Below are positions 13,434 to 25,200 of a stretch of DNA of 64,000 nucleotides, one piece after another. The notes beneath the pieces were generated by a model. The model had not been told where the DNA came from and did not search any database. It was given only the letters and a program-made list of their open reading frames with translations. Position numbers and translations under genes: made by a program. Position 1 is the first letter of the stretch. The number at the start of each line of letters is the position of its first letter. Origin of the DNA: Bugula neritina (taxonomy: Eukaryota > Animalia > Bryozoa); assembly GCA_964035545.1 (NCBI GenBank), contig OZ037768.1, positions 8,340,741 to 8,404,740 on the forward strand, given 5' to 3'.

Positions 13434-16400
13434 ATGAGTGCGAACAAGGAAAATATATTTAGAAGCCGTTTTCATTCACGAGGTTTACTTAATAAATCAA
13501 AATTAAATACTAGTGCCAATTCTTCATATACTGCAAGTACACCCAAGTCTGAAGAGTTACAGCAAGTACCCCAGCAACAGCACAATGGCAATCACAATAC
13601 TTGTCAAATGTTGCAAGAAGCCTCACCAAGTCAACCAGATCTTCAAGCAAACTCAGACTTGTGTAGTAGCGTTGACTCCACAGCAAGTTTAAAAACCAAT
13701 TCAGGTCAGGCTTAAAAAAATTAAGTATTTTGAGTATTTTAAAACTAGTTTGTTGCTCCTATTTTGTACAAGCATATAAATTAGCTCTGGGATATTTTGA
13801 TATCTAGTAGCATATTTTCTTGATTTTTAATTGTTAGAGTCATCCCAGCCGCAGTTTGTGCAATCCAAGACCAAGGAAATAATTGGTACCCCATCAGTCT
13901 CTCTTAGGAAATATCTCTTGGACAAGGATAAAACGCCTTCTTACTGTAATCGGGTACATATTATACCTAATCATTTTTTTTAATAAACTTTGTAAATATA
14001 TGCCTACCTTTTTGAGTCGGTTTAACTTGTGCGTGTTTCTATAGGAAGGAAGTCCCGTTTTGAGGAGACAAGTGTCATCTGTAAAGTTTGAGAAGATTAA
14101 GTCTGCCGTTAGGACACAGTTAGAGAGTAGCCATCTTGGAACTTCTTTCAACTTGAGCATAGACAGAGATAGTCCTGGTCTCACCCGTTTGCGCCAGACC
14201 CCTGGTATGTAGTTTGTTAATTGCTGGCTGTGATCGTATTACACAATATAGGCTAAATCAATCTCTTGTTTGTTATGTGAAACAAAAAACTTATCGGAAA
14301 CCAAGTCATCTTGAAATGTGAACAATACCCTTACCATTATGCCACATTAACTGGGCGGGATATTTGAGTGAGATGTTAGAGAAGTTGATGTTACACAGTA
14401 TTAAAGTATGCATAAATACAATTAATGCAACTCAAATACAGCTTTAGAGCTGTATACCTTACTAAATTGAATCCGTAGTGCATTTAGTTCACATACGTGT
14501 TTAATTGGTGGTCAGCTCAGACAACTGAGAAATGTTTTCTTTAACCCACTGATTGGTAACACAACTCCAGGAGTCTGTATTCTTTAAGGGAAGTAAAAAT
14601 CGGTCCAGAAAGATATGTTTCCAATATAGTTACTTCAACCATATAATATACTGTAGTTGCAGTACAAGGCACATCAGTAAAATTTCAAAATTTTAACTTT
14701 TACAGATTTATTTATAGTTACTGCCCCCTCTCCTTTTGAGCAGTTTGGGCACAGGTTGTGGTCAGCGTTGGATAACAAATTATACATACATACATTATAA
14801 ATAATTACATAATTATCGAAGAAATTAGAAATAATCTAGTTACATGAGCTCATACATGCTTATCTTTCTTTGCACAAAGCCAACTTCTCCATTCTTGTGT
14901 TTTGCAAACTTGAAATCTTGTTGCATGCAAAACATAAATCTATCCCAAATGGTTTTTATTGAGAAATTTTCTTTTAGGTAAACCTCTGAAAGAAAAGAGG
15001 CAGATTCTGGTGAACAAGCATAATGAAACTAGATGTAACTCTGATGCTCTCAACATTGGGGGCGGAGTTAGTCTGTGGCCTCAAATGGATGATATGAGGC
15101 TGAGTAAACCAGAAGCCATAAAACTAGCACTAGTTTCTCTCTTTCTCATCTTATCCTCATGTTTTTCTTTCAGCTATATTCATGGTAAATATTTACTGCT
15201 GATACTTGAGTGGTGTAGTTGTTATGCTATCGATGCAGCTCTGCTCTCCATGTTTCTATATGCTTAATGTAGGACATAGTTTAATTAGCAATTAGCATTG
15301 TTGAACTTACAAGACTTTGGTTGACTTGTAGATAACAGATTATATTGACTTGTAAATAATAGATTATTTTGACTGGTAGACAATAGATTATATCGCTGCC
15401 TCTATGTATACACATATGGTTCTGTTTTATTTAGGCAACTCTCTTCTAACCCTCCAAACCTACCGGGGAAAGTTGAGCAACTTTAGTCTCAGCCATCCCA
15501 TTAAAGTATTTCAAGATGGCCAGCTGTTCAATACTTCTCGTCAGTGGCACACCGACTTTGACATGTTGGTTGTAAGTTTTTTATTTCAGAGATTGTTTGA
15601 CTTTAATGCTGAATAACTCAACTTTGACCTTTTTAGTTTACATGCCGTTACCATGGTATGTGTGTCGAAACACTCTTTACAATTAGATATTTAGCAGGCT
15701 CGCAGTCCAAGTCCTGTCCTTTAGCCTATGTAATATTAGGGAGCAGCAGTTCTCTAGTGGTTAGAGCGCTGGGTTAGTAAACACGGGGTCATGGGTTTGA
15801 CCCCCAGTAAAGGCTATCGGTGATGTTAGGAAGCACATCTGGACATAATTGCTGTAATGCCACATATGAATAAGTCTTTAGCCCAATTTGAAAAATGAAC
15901 CCTTTCCACCAGGGGTTCTCACAGGGATAGTGACCATAAACTTGCACGAGTTTTTGTAGATTACGCAATATTATTGGTAGAGTGAGATAGAAACAATGTT
16001 CCTTGTATCATCAAATGACGTCAAGTCATGCTACATGTTCTGTGTGGGATGTGGCCTCTACGTGTCCGGTGTTAGCATCCTGCTGTATTACCTTGCTGAT
16101 AACGTTATGTCTTCCAGTAAACTCTCCCCCAACAGGATCAAGAAATGGTTAGCCATTCAACTTACAATATCAAGTAAATTATACTTATAATTAGTTATGT
16201 TTTTCTCAAAGGCAATTTACTGCAATAATAGAAAAAATCGCTAGTTTAAATTTTTTCAATATCTGTTTTAACTTGTTTAAGTATGTTCTTAACTTTTTTA
16301 CAAAATTGCAAAGCTTTTAAATTATTTTCGAAAACGTATATTTTTAATACACTGTGCTGCACCCTCTTTTGCACAAAGTAATCAACAATAGTGGGAATTT

Positions 16401-17240
16401 CCTTCCATGTAATACTTTTGTCAGGATTTGTCTACTGGCTGTTGTTGGCTGTTGGACAATAAACGTGGCTAGGCTGTTCTTTGAGGCTTTTATGATTGAG
16501 AAGTCAGTTGTGAGTCTCATTCAGTCACTGACTGTCACACAGAAAGAAGTCATCACCAAGTACATTAAAACAGGAGAATGTCCAACTAGTTTGTAAGTAT
16601 CGGCATAACTTAATTTGCTACATTATTTGTGCTCTAATACAAACATGTGGCATTAAACACATCACTTCTGTTAGAGTCTTAACTGTTAGATAAACTAGGA
16701 ATACTTATTTTCTTAAAATTATGCTTGTAATTTATAAAAGATGAAAATTGTATAAAATATCCCTTGTTAAATTTTCTGCTAATAAAAATTAGATATTTTG
16801 AATTTTATTTACCAACTGCTTATATGTATTTATGTAAGTAGAAGTGAGGATATAAAAAAAGTTCATGCAATAAAATACTGTTTAGGGTTTATTTAATAGA
16901 GCTTCATCAAGGGAAGAGTTAGTAACATAATGTATAAGTAATTATAACATATGAGCTTTCGAACAACCCTTCTAAATTAATAGTTCTCATAATGTCAAAG
17001 TGTTTTATTAATGATTGTAGGTTTCACCAGGTAGCAAGTTACTGGTCATCCAAATACCTATCATCTCAGAGTGATGGTGTCATCAATATATTGGGTATAG
17101 TCAAGTTCAACACTCTACTATATTACATGCAGTACTACTGTGTACCTATACTCACCGCCCTACTCTCTCCAATAGTCAAGCTGGTGTTCTCTCTTCTCCA
17201 TGTCTATGGCATTATAGAGCACACAGGCTACACTGATTAG
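13434..17240 (+). CDS. Uncharacterised multi-pass membrane protein, ~481 aa, 8 coding exons, with a long disordered N-terminus
   Basis: Exons: 13434-13704, 13838-13953, 14045-14204, 14978-15184, 15435-15571, 15981-16147, 16425-16592, 17021-17240; GT-AG and frame-consistent. Hydrophobic segments: LALVSLFLILSSCFSFSYI, YMFCVGCGLYVSGVSILLYYL, WICLLAVVGCWTINVARLFF, YYCVPILTALLSPIVKLVFSLL. Family not recognised. Confidence 0.8.
15739..15955 (+). mobile_element. tRNA-derived SINE (family 1), copy 1
   Basis: tRNA-like head (ctagtggttagagcg A-box-like, gggtttgacccc B-box-like), shared body ggtgatgttaggaag..catc, shared tail cagggatagtgaccataaacttgc. Homologous to the copies at 30701, 39453 and 54476. 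Confidence 0.85.
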
Positions 17241-18611
17241 TGCTACATACAATCTCAATGCTGAAATAAAGGAAGAAAAACGGACTAAATATGATGTTCA
17301 CATAAAATCATTCTAAATAATTTCTTATTAGTTTTATTTTTTGTTCGTTTTATTTTACTTTTACTAATTATTGACCTGTAGACTTTAGCTGATACAGTGA
17401 CTCAATGTAAAATAAGCTACATAGGTTTTCCATTATTTAATTGTGAATATTTCAGGATTACAATCAATTTCACTATTTTAGTTGTTTTAATTAAAAAGCT
17501 AACAGTTCTATGTAAATAAATTTCATTATATCTACATTTACAGTTTTATTTCAAACATTGTGGATTACTGTGCAGCAATATCAGTGTGTTAATGCATTGC
17601 ATGTAATAATCTGCTGCTTTCATTGTGTTTCTTTGGTTCTCATTGTTTTCTGTTAACACATACACTGTTGATGCAGCTATAGCACTACATTCTGGTTCCA
17701 TTCTCCTGATTCCTATAATAAGATGAGTTTTTAGTTTGACCAAAAAATCCGTCTTGTTCAGACAACCAAGCATTATTCCTAGCAGAATAAATGTTAGCAA
17801 AAATTTAGCCATAGGTGCTTTTGTTTCATCAGAATTTAGAAATCTAGTTAGCTTAGTTAGCAGAGTTTTCTGACAGCTCAAGATCAAGTTCTCCCAAGTC
17901 TTGCTTCTTTAATTTATTTTATTCTTCTAAACTTATAATCCCATTTGGGAAAATACAGATCACTATATTTAGTGTAATTTGTGTGGGTAAACCCATATAT
18001 GTGTAAAGCAGCTGTTATGGGATTTGTCTCCTCATCAGAACAGAGCAACATGGCCCATCTCTGCAGTAAAAGAAACTTATGTAAAATTTATGATGTAATT
18101 ACTGGCTCTGTCTGCAGTCACACTCATGCAGATAGCAAACTATTTTTAATTTTTCAGGGAAGGATTATTTCAATTTCACATTCATAACAGTTTTTCACAA
18201 CTGTGTTATTACACTTAGAGTGTGGTGTAACTTATAAGTATCTATTTTTAATAAACTATACATAAATACACCAAAAACTTGTGAAATTTTTTGTGATTTG
18301 AGTTATGGAAACTCACCAGCTATGAAAAGTGTTTACCTTATACTAAACACATTTCCTTGCTGCCCTCAATCAATAGTTTTACTACATCATAAGACTGGCT
18401 CCTTCACCTATTGTAAACTGGCTAATTCTTTTTGTTCTAAAATTAGATTTGCCATGAAATTCTATTGAAGGTGTACAGTATTGCGTTTTGTGCTAGTGTT
18501 ATGTAAATACATGTATTGATTGTAGCAAAGCTACTGTTGAATATAAAGTGAAAGTAACAGGTGACTTTATAATATTGTAGCTACAAAAACTAGTGCTGTA
18601 TATTTTATATC

Positions 18612-21604
18612 ATGTGGAAATTGCTGGTAAGCTATAACTAGATTTATATTTCAACTAATAAAATAAAATATATTATTTAGCTGTTGCTTATTTTAGTTAT
18701 AAGATATTGTTTAGAAATGTTCTAACTCTATAATAATGTAAAATCAACTACTCATCAAAACTATTGAGGAGAAGTCAAAAAAAATTTTGACCCTGAAAAA
18801 GTTATTAATTCCTGTGAAAATACACGTGCATTTTTTGCAGTAGGATAGCAAAATATACTGCAAAATGGTTTATTGAAAGATATTTATCAAAGTTTAAAAA
18901 TTCTGTCTTACATTTTTATAGATCCAGTGTGGTAGACACAATTTTAACTTTACAGTACATATAGAATAATTCTTAATACTCATAACTTGGCTGCATGACA
19001 CAGTTTAACTAAGGTCCATACTTGTACTCATTCTGATGTCTAGTGTAGTATAATGTACATAATATGTCACTGCACTATTATCAGTTAAATATCTAATATG
19101 CAATATTCTATGTATGTAACTTAGTGCTTAGCCACCCTGTTGCTGCCCATAGCAGCAATAGAAAAGTGTGGGAAGGGACTTCTGTCACAGCCCCCTTGTG
19201 ATGATGATTATGAGATGAGAGAATGTAGCCTACCTGCCTCTGACAATCAAACCAAAGTTGTACAGCAATGCTATAAAGAGACATCAGCTGTGAAAACTGA
19301 ATACAATTATTTTTATGATAAATGGCAGTTCTGGTTAGGATTAATGCTCTCACTTGGTCTAGTATGTAAGTTAATGATTTAGTATTTACTCTGGTAGAAT
19401 TTTAATTTTGACCATGCCAACTAATCTTTATAGATTAGATTCTTGCTATTTTTATGGATTGTCAAATATTGAGATATATATTAGAGGTTTTGTGTATGGT
19501 TTTGTTAACAAAATATTTATAGCCCAAAAACTGCATTCTTTTGTTGCTCAGTCAGGGTCGTGACTGCAGAAGGTTAGGTGGAGAATAGTTGAGATTTTGC
19601 CGTAAAACTAATATTATCTATCAAAGTTTAGACTAATGTGATTGTACAGTTGCTTGATACAAATACAAAAACATTTTGTTGCATGTAATATATACAACAT
19701 TATCATGATCACATGATCACAATAAATGGCTGTATGCATATGCTGTAAAATATATCATCTGCTATTTTATGTTTAGTTGGTGGGATAATATTCTGGAGAT
19801 GCATCAGATATACCGAGTGGTATGCTAAAGCAAAGGACAACTTGAGACATGAGAAAAATAGAGTCTGCGCCCGGATGTGTGTCAAATACTGCTGCCAATG
19901 CCGTGTGTGTGTCAAATGTTGTGAGCCTTACACCAGCGCAACAGCAAAAGAGATTCAAACCGAAAGAGGTATTCATGAATCATATTATGAATCATTTCAA
20001 TGCGAAATGCTAGACCCTGTCAGTTTAAACTTTGAAGGATCCATAATTTTGACTGTTACTTGTAGAGCTGTTTTACTTTGTTAGCTTTAAAACACATAGC
20101 TGGAATGCCTGTCTGGTTATTAAAGATAAACAACAGTAAATAATTATTTGAATTCTAAGTTTGCGCCTTTCTAATTATTGTTAGCATCGCTTGTTGCAAG
20201 CGAATAGTATAGGACTTCGTTTGATTTAAACATGTTATTTAAAATTTTCATAATTAACATTATATTTGCATAAGTTTGAAACTGCCGTTTATGCAATCAG
20301 AAACTCAGCTTACAGAGATTACAAGTCTACAACTTTATATAAACTAGTCTATCGAGTTTACCACAGAAAAGTAGTTTGGCTGCAACCCATTGTTTTAAAA
20401 ATTTATTAACTGCAGTTTAAATTATAAGCTAACGATAAGGAGTAAAAGGCATCATCAGCTTTTACTTTCATACTTTCACTTTGCCCAGTTAAATGTCACT
20501 TAAATATTATACTTATTAAAAGCAAAGTGCAAGCAGAGATGTCATAATCAGGAAGCTCAAAATATTTCTGAAGCTTGTATAATGTACAAAAACATAAACA
20601 AACTACTAGTGACCAATACTACATTGATATAAGGTTTTTGAATATAGTTTGGTGCCAAGGTTATTTATTTTCTTGCATTAAGATTAAGAGCGTAAATTTT
20701 AAAGTCCACCTGATTGGTTGATTGATAACATTTGTTTTTATTTTGCGGTGAGACTTCTACTTTATCATTAAAAAAATGTTTCAATATAACTAATGTAAAT
20801 TATATTGTTTATACCTTTATGTAAATGATTCATTGGAAAGATAACCCTTATTCAGATGTAAAAGCCTGATAAAAGCTCAAGCCTCCAAATAATAAAACTT
20901 TAGTGTCAGCATCAGTGTGAAATTTCTATGGACCAGACTCGACTCTTGGTATCTACAGAAAATGATTAGTCATTAAAATTATAAAATTTCAATAGTGTTT
21001 TAGAAGGCATATAAGACTCTATAACAAAAAAACCAACTTTGAAAGTTTTGGTTAATTATTCACCTCGAAGGAGTTAAAAAAAACTTCACTATGCACTTTT
21101 AATGTGTGTTGATGAGTTGGCTCATCGCATATGTTTGTATTGGTGTCCGGTAAAAATGGCATAGGTAAAAATTGCATAGGTAAAAATGGCACAAGTAATA
21201 ATGGCACAAATGGCAAAGTAGGTAAAAATGGCACTTGTTCAATATTAGGGTTTGGGGTGGGGGTTTGAGTTGGAAAAAACTTAACATCAGTGTGCCATTT
21301 TTTTCTACTTTTCCATTTGTGCCCTCATTACTTATGCTATTTTTCCCGGTGCCATTTTTACCTAAAATTGTTTGTATTACAGATTTTTTATTCTGCGTTT
21401 GTTTTATTAGAGAGCAGGCTAGATGGTCAGATGTCTCATCGCAGTAATGACTACTACTACGAGTATGAACCCACAGACAGAAGTTACAGTGTGAGCGACT
21501 TCACTACTTCAAACAGCCAACACCAAACATCAACTACACCAGCACCAACTACTGAAAGGCGCACTTTAGAAGAAGTATCTCTCAGTAGCATTCACATTGC
21601 TTAG
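18612..21604 (+). CDS. Small uncharacterised type I membrane protein, ~213 aa (4-Cys ectodomain, Cys-rich and Tyr-rich cytoplasmic tail)
   Basis: Exons 18612-18626 (MWKLL), 19125-19365, 19777-19968 and 21411-21604 join in frame. Signal peptide MWKLLCLATLLLPIAA; TM WQFWLGLMLSLGLVFGGIIFW; tail contains CARMCVKYCCQCRVCVKCC and NDYYYEYEP. The first and last exon assignments are less certain. Confidence 0.7.
21146..21363. mobile_element. Foldback/MITE-like element with inverted arms built from ~15-bp subrepeats
   Basis: Left arm: repeated ggtaaaaatggca(t/c)a (21146-21235). Right arm: reverse-complement tgccatttttacc units (21290-21363). G-rich spacer tagggtttggggtgggggtttg between them. Confidence 0.75.
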
Positions 21605-22258
21605 ATTAGCTGCTAAGCCAAAAATGAAGAATTTTGAACAAATTTATGTAACAAATTACATACATGAAATTTGTGGTTGATATGCTATGTTGTGGTGCTA
21701 TGAAGTTTTATCATTTGTTTCGTAATCTCTTATTCATATTGATAGTATCTTACAATTTCACTACTAGTAAATCATGAAACAATAAGCTTGATTTTTTATA
21801 TTTTTTAGCCAGCAGATATATTAGAACTAAATTTCATTTTTGATTCTTATAAAATGAGCTGAGTCTATATTTTTCTAAATGTTCAAGTTAATATTTGCAC
21901 CTATAAATGTGTTTCTTAAAAAGCTGCTTCAAAGAACTATACAATATTCTGAGGTGGGTTATAAGCAAAAGCACTAAAATATCAAAAGAAAAATTAGTAA
22001 ATAGATACAAGATAAATGAGTAAAAACATACAGGTGAAATACCAGTAAGTGTAATGAACTAAGTAGAGAAAGCTATAAGTATAATACTACGTATCTAGAT
22101 ATGGCAAAGAGCCAAAACTACAAGTTAAGTAAACAGTAATACTGGTGTTTTTCAGTCACAGATCTATGATTTTGCTTGCCTAATCTGTTAAGATAAATTG
22201 AATGTTATGTCTTTAGTATTGAGACTATGGAGCACCATAAGCATTTGCACTAAACTTT

Positions 22259-25200
22259 CTAATCCTTGCCAAACTCAGAGGGTACTGGGGGCTGATCAAT
22301 CCTATATAGTGTGTCAGCTATACCAAAATACCCTCGATATGCAACCTCATCAGGCGTTGTATCGTAGTGGTAGTGACCGCCCACTCCTCTATTGGTGAAG
22401 CAATGGAAATGTTCCACTCTCAGGTCAAGACCCTGTGACACACAAACTACAGTAAAACATGGCTACTTCACATAGACAAAGTAGCAACAACAACTTGTCA
22501 CCACACCAAAACATTATATTGTTCAAAAGATATTACAATACTTGGAAAAAATAAATTCTTGTTTAAATCATTCCAATCAATATTAGGAATGAGGCAAGCG
22601 AAAAAAGCATCAGTATTTTTCTTGTGAAAGTATATTTATCAGTCTTGTGGTAACACACATTTCTATTTATTTTATGCAAATTAAAACTGCAAGCAAAAAG
22701 TATCTGGAATAGTCTGTCAGTAAATTAACTAAGATATAGAATAAGTAGCAATAATCAGTATTGAAAAAATTAAATTTTATATCAACAGTTAAATAACCAG
22801 AATAAACCTTTAAAAATTTCATACAGGTGTCTATTATTGTAGCCTGTATTAATTTAAATTGATTCAAAACCGAATTATGGGAAATATCATTACCGGGTCA
22901 TGGGAGACGAGGTAGCCAACCGCTGTTACTGGAGCCTCGTATTCATAGAACTTGAGCCAATTATTCAGCTTCTCCTCCGTATCCACAGGACAAGTAGAAA
23001 AATCCGGCTGAATATCACAGGAAGTAAAGGTTCAGGTGGTCAGAAAATAGATGAATCATTTAATTTCCTATATAATTAAACATGCAAGCACGCCTTTACA
23101 CAGAAACCATTGCACATACAATCCATAAAGTACTAAATATGGCTGACATACAAAGTTCTATGCTGTAGCAAAGTTTCATAAAGTATTGTAACAAAAGAAA
23201 ATTTATAATATATATTTTTTAGTCTCACTTTAAAAGTTTAGATTGTCAGGGTTGAGTCTCTTACCATAATATGAAACTTAGCTTTGCCCTGTTCAAGCAA
23301 GAAAGTCCCACCTAAAGCTACGGGCTGGTCACCGTAATTTTCCGCCAAAACCTTTCTGATTGCACTCATAAAATTCTCATTTCCTGTACGAGTGCGAGCT
23401 TTCACCTCGAGAACCTAGTAATATAAATATAGCTATTATGGCAGCATCACCTTGTAGTTTCAGTGTGACAGATAAGTTACTTGTACAAATCCCATTAATA
23501 GCTCCTTTTCACGTACCAATGTGCTAAGACCACCTTAAAGCTAGTGTAAATTAATATCAATAAAAACTCAACAAGTTTGGAAAATTATTAGAAGTATAAT
23601 CAATGAAATAAAAATAGCGTACTGTATAATGCTGTATAATGTCTAATTATAATATCTTACAGCTGGAAGGAGATCTTGTGAATTATTTGTAAATGAATAA
23701 AAATTACTACATGAATTAAGCAGGTGATGCAATGTCAGGCACTGTGAAAATGTTCGTAGTTTACACTAGCATTAATTATGAACACGCCAGTACATCCTTA
23801 TAATCAATAAATTAGCAAAATATCTTATTTATTTGTATCATATTTATATACTGCATTATATATTACTAAACAACATGCCATATTACAAATTACTATACAA
23901 TATACCATATTACATATTCCTATATAATACACCATATTATTTATAACTATACAATATACCATAGCATATAATTATTACTATACAGTATACCATATACCAT
24001 ATTACTATAAAATATACTATATTATATAATACTATACAATATACCATATTACTATACAATATACCATATTACTATACAATCTACCATATCATGTACATAT
24101 TACTATACAATATACCATATCATGTACATATTACTATACAATATACCATATTACTATACAATATACCATATCATGTACATATTACTATACAATATACCAT
24201 ATTACTATACAATATACCATATCACGTACATATTACTATACAATATACCATATTACTATACAATATACCATATCATGTACATATTACTATACAATATACC
24301 ATATTACTATATAATATACCATATGGGAGCAGGCGTAGTCTGGTGGTTAGCTTGCTGGTCAAGTATGACACGGGTCACGGGTTTGAGTCCCGGCAATTAC
24401 TTGTGCCTCAGTAAAAGCCCTCAAACCGGGCTTTTAGTGTGGTGAGAGGTGCAATCTTTAGCCCACTTAAAGGCTGTTGCCATAAAAAAGTTATGTACTA
24501 TGTATAAACCGCTATAAAGCAAGATGAAATAATCTGTTGAGGACTTATTGTGATTGTAATAGTAATATGGTATATTACAGAGTATTACTATGATATATAG
24601 TAATTAAACATTGCATTTTCTCATAACAATTGAATATAAATATGTTAATACAAGGATCTATATTACAAAAACACATAATGCATTATACAAAATTATACCT
24701 TTAACATAACAGTCATAAAGAAAGACAAGTGTTGAAGCTACTTTTTTATAATATAATTACATGATACAATCTAAACCTCTTCTCTGTATAATTATTATCA
24801 TTTATGTGAGGAATGACAATAGAGGTGCAGTAATTCTTGCCTTAATTTAATTAAATATATGACTGAAAAGTATTAAACTGCAATGTCTAACAAAGCCCTA
24901 AAGTCATGATTATTAAATGATTAGGCATATTAAAAATAATGCATTGTCTTTGGAGCTCTGTGGAGGCAGATGATTCATATTTTCCTAGTAAACGCTGCCT
25001 TAGATTTTAGCTGCTGATAACAATTTTGATTGTCATAGTTATTTAGAAGTTAAATTTTGACACAACGCTATCTAAAACAATGTTGGGATGACTAATAAAA
25101 CCACTTTTGTCAAATAGTATACCAAATTTTACCAAATACAAAGGGGACACAACTCTAAAACATTCTTAAATCCTTACTATATCAACTCTTATGGCCTAAT

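Noticed and set aside
17546-17887. 113-aa minus-strand ORF with a hydrophobic stretch
   Set aside because: Non-ATG start, no supporting splice structure or recognisable similarity; it lies in the probable 3' flank of the upstream gene.
24091-24445. Tyr/Ile-rich repeat ORFs
   Set aside because: Translations of the 51-bp minisatellite running into a SINE.
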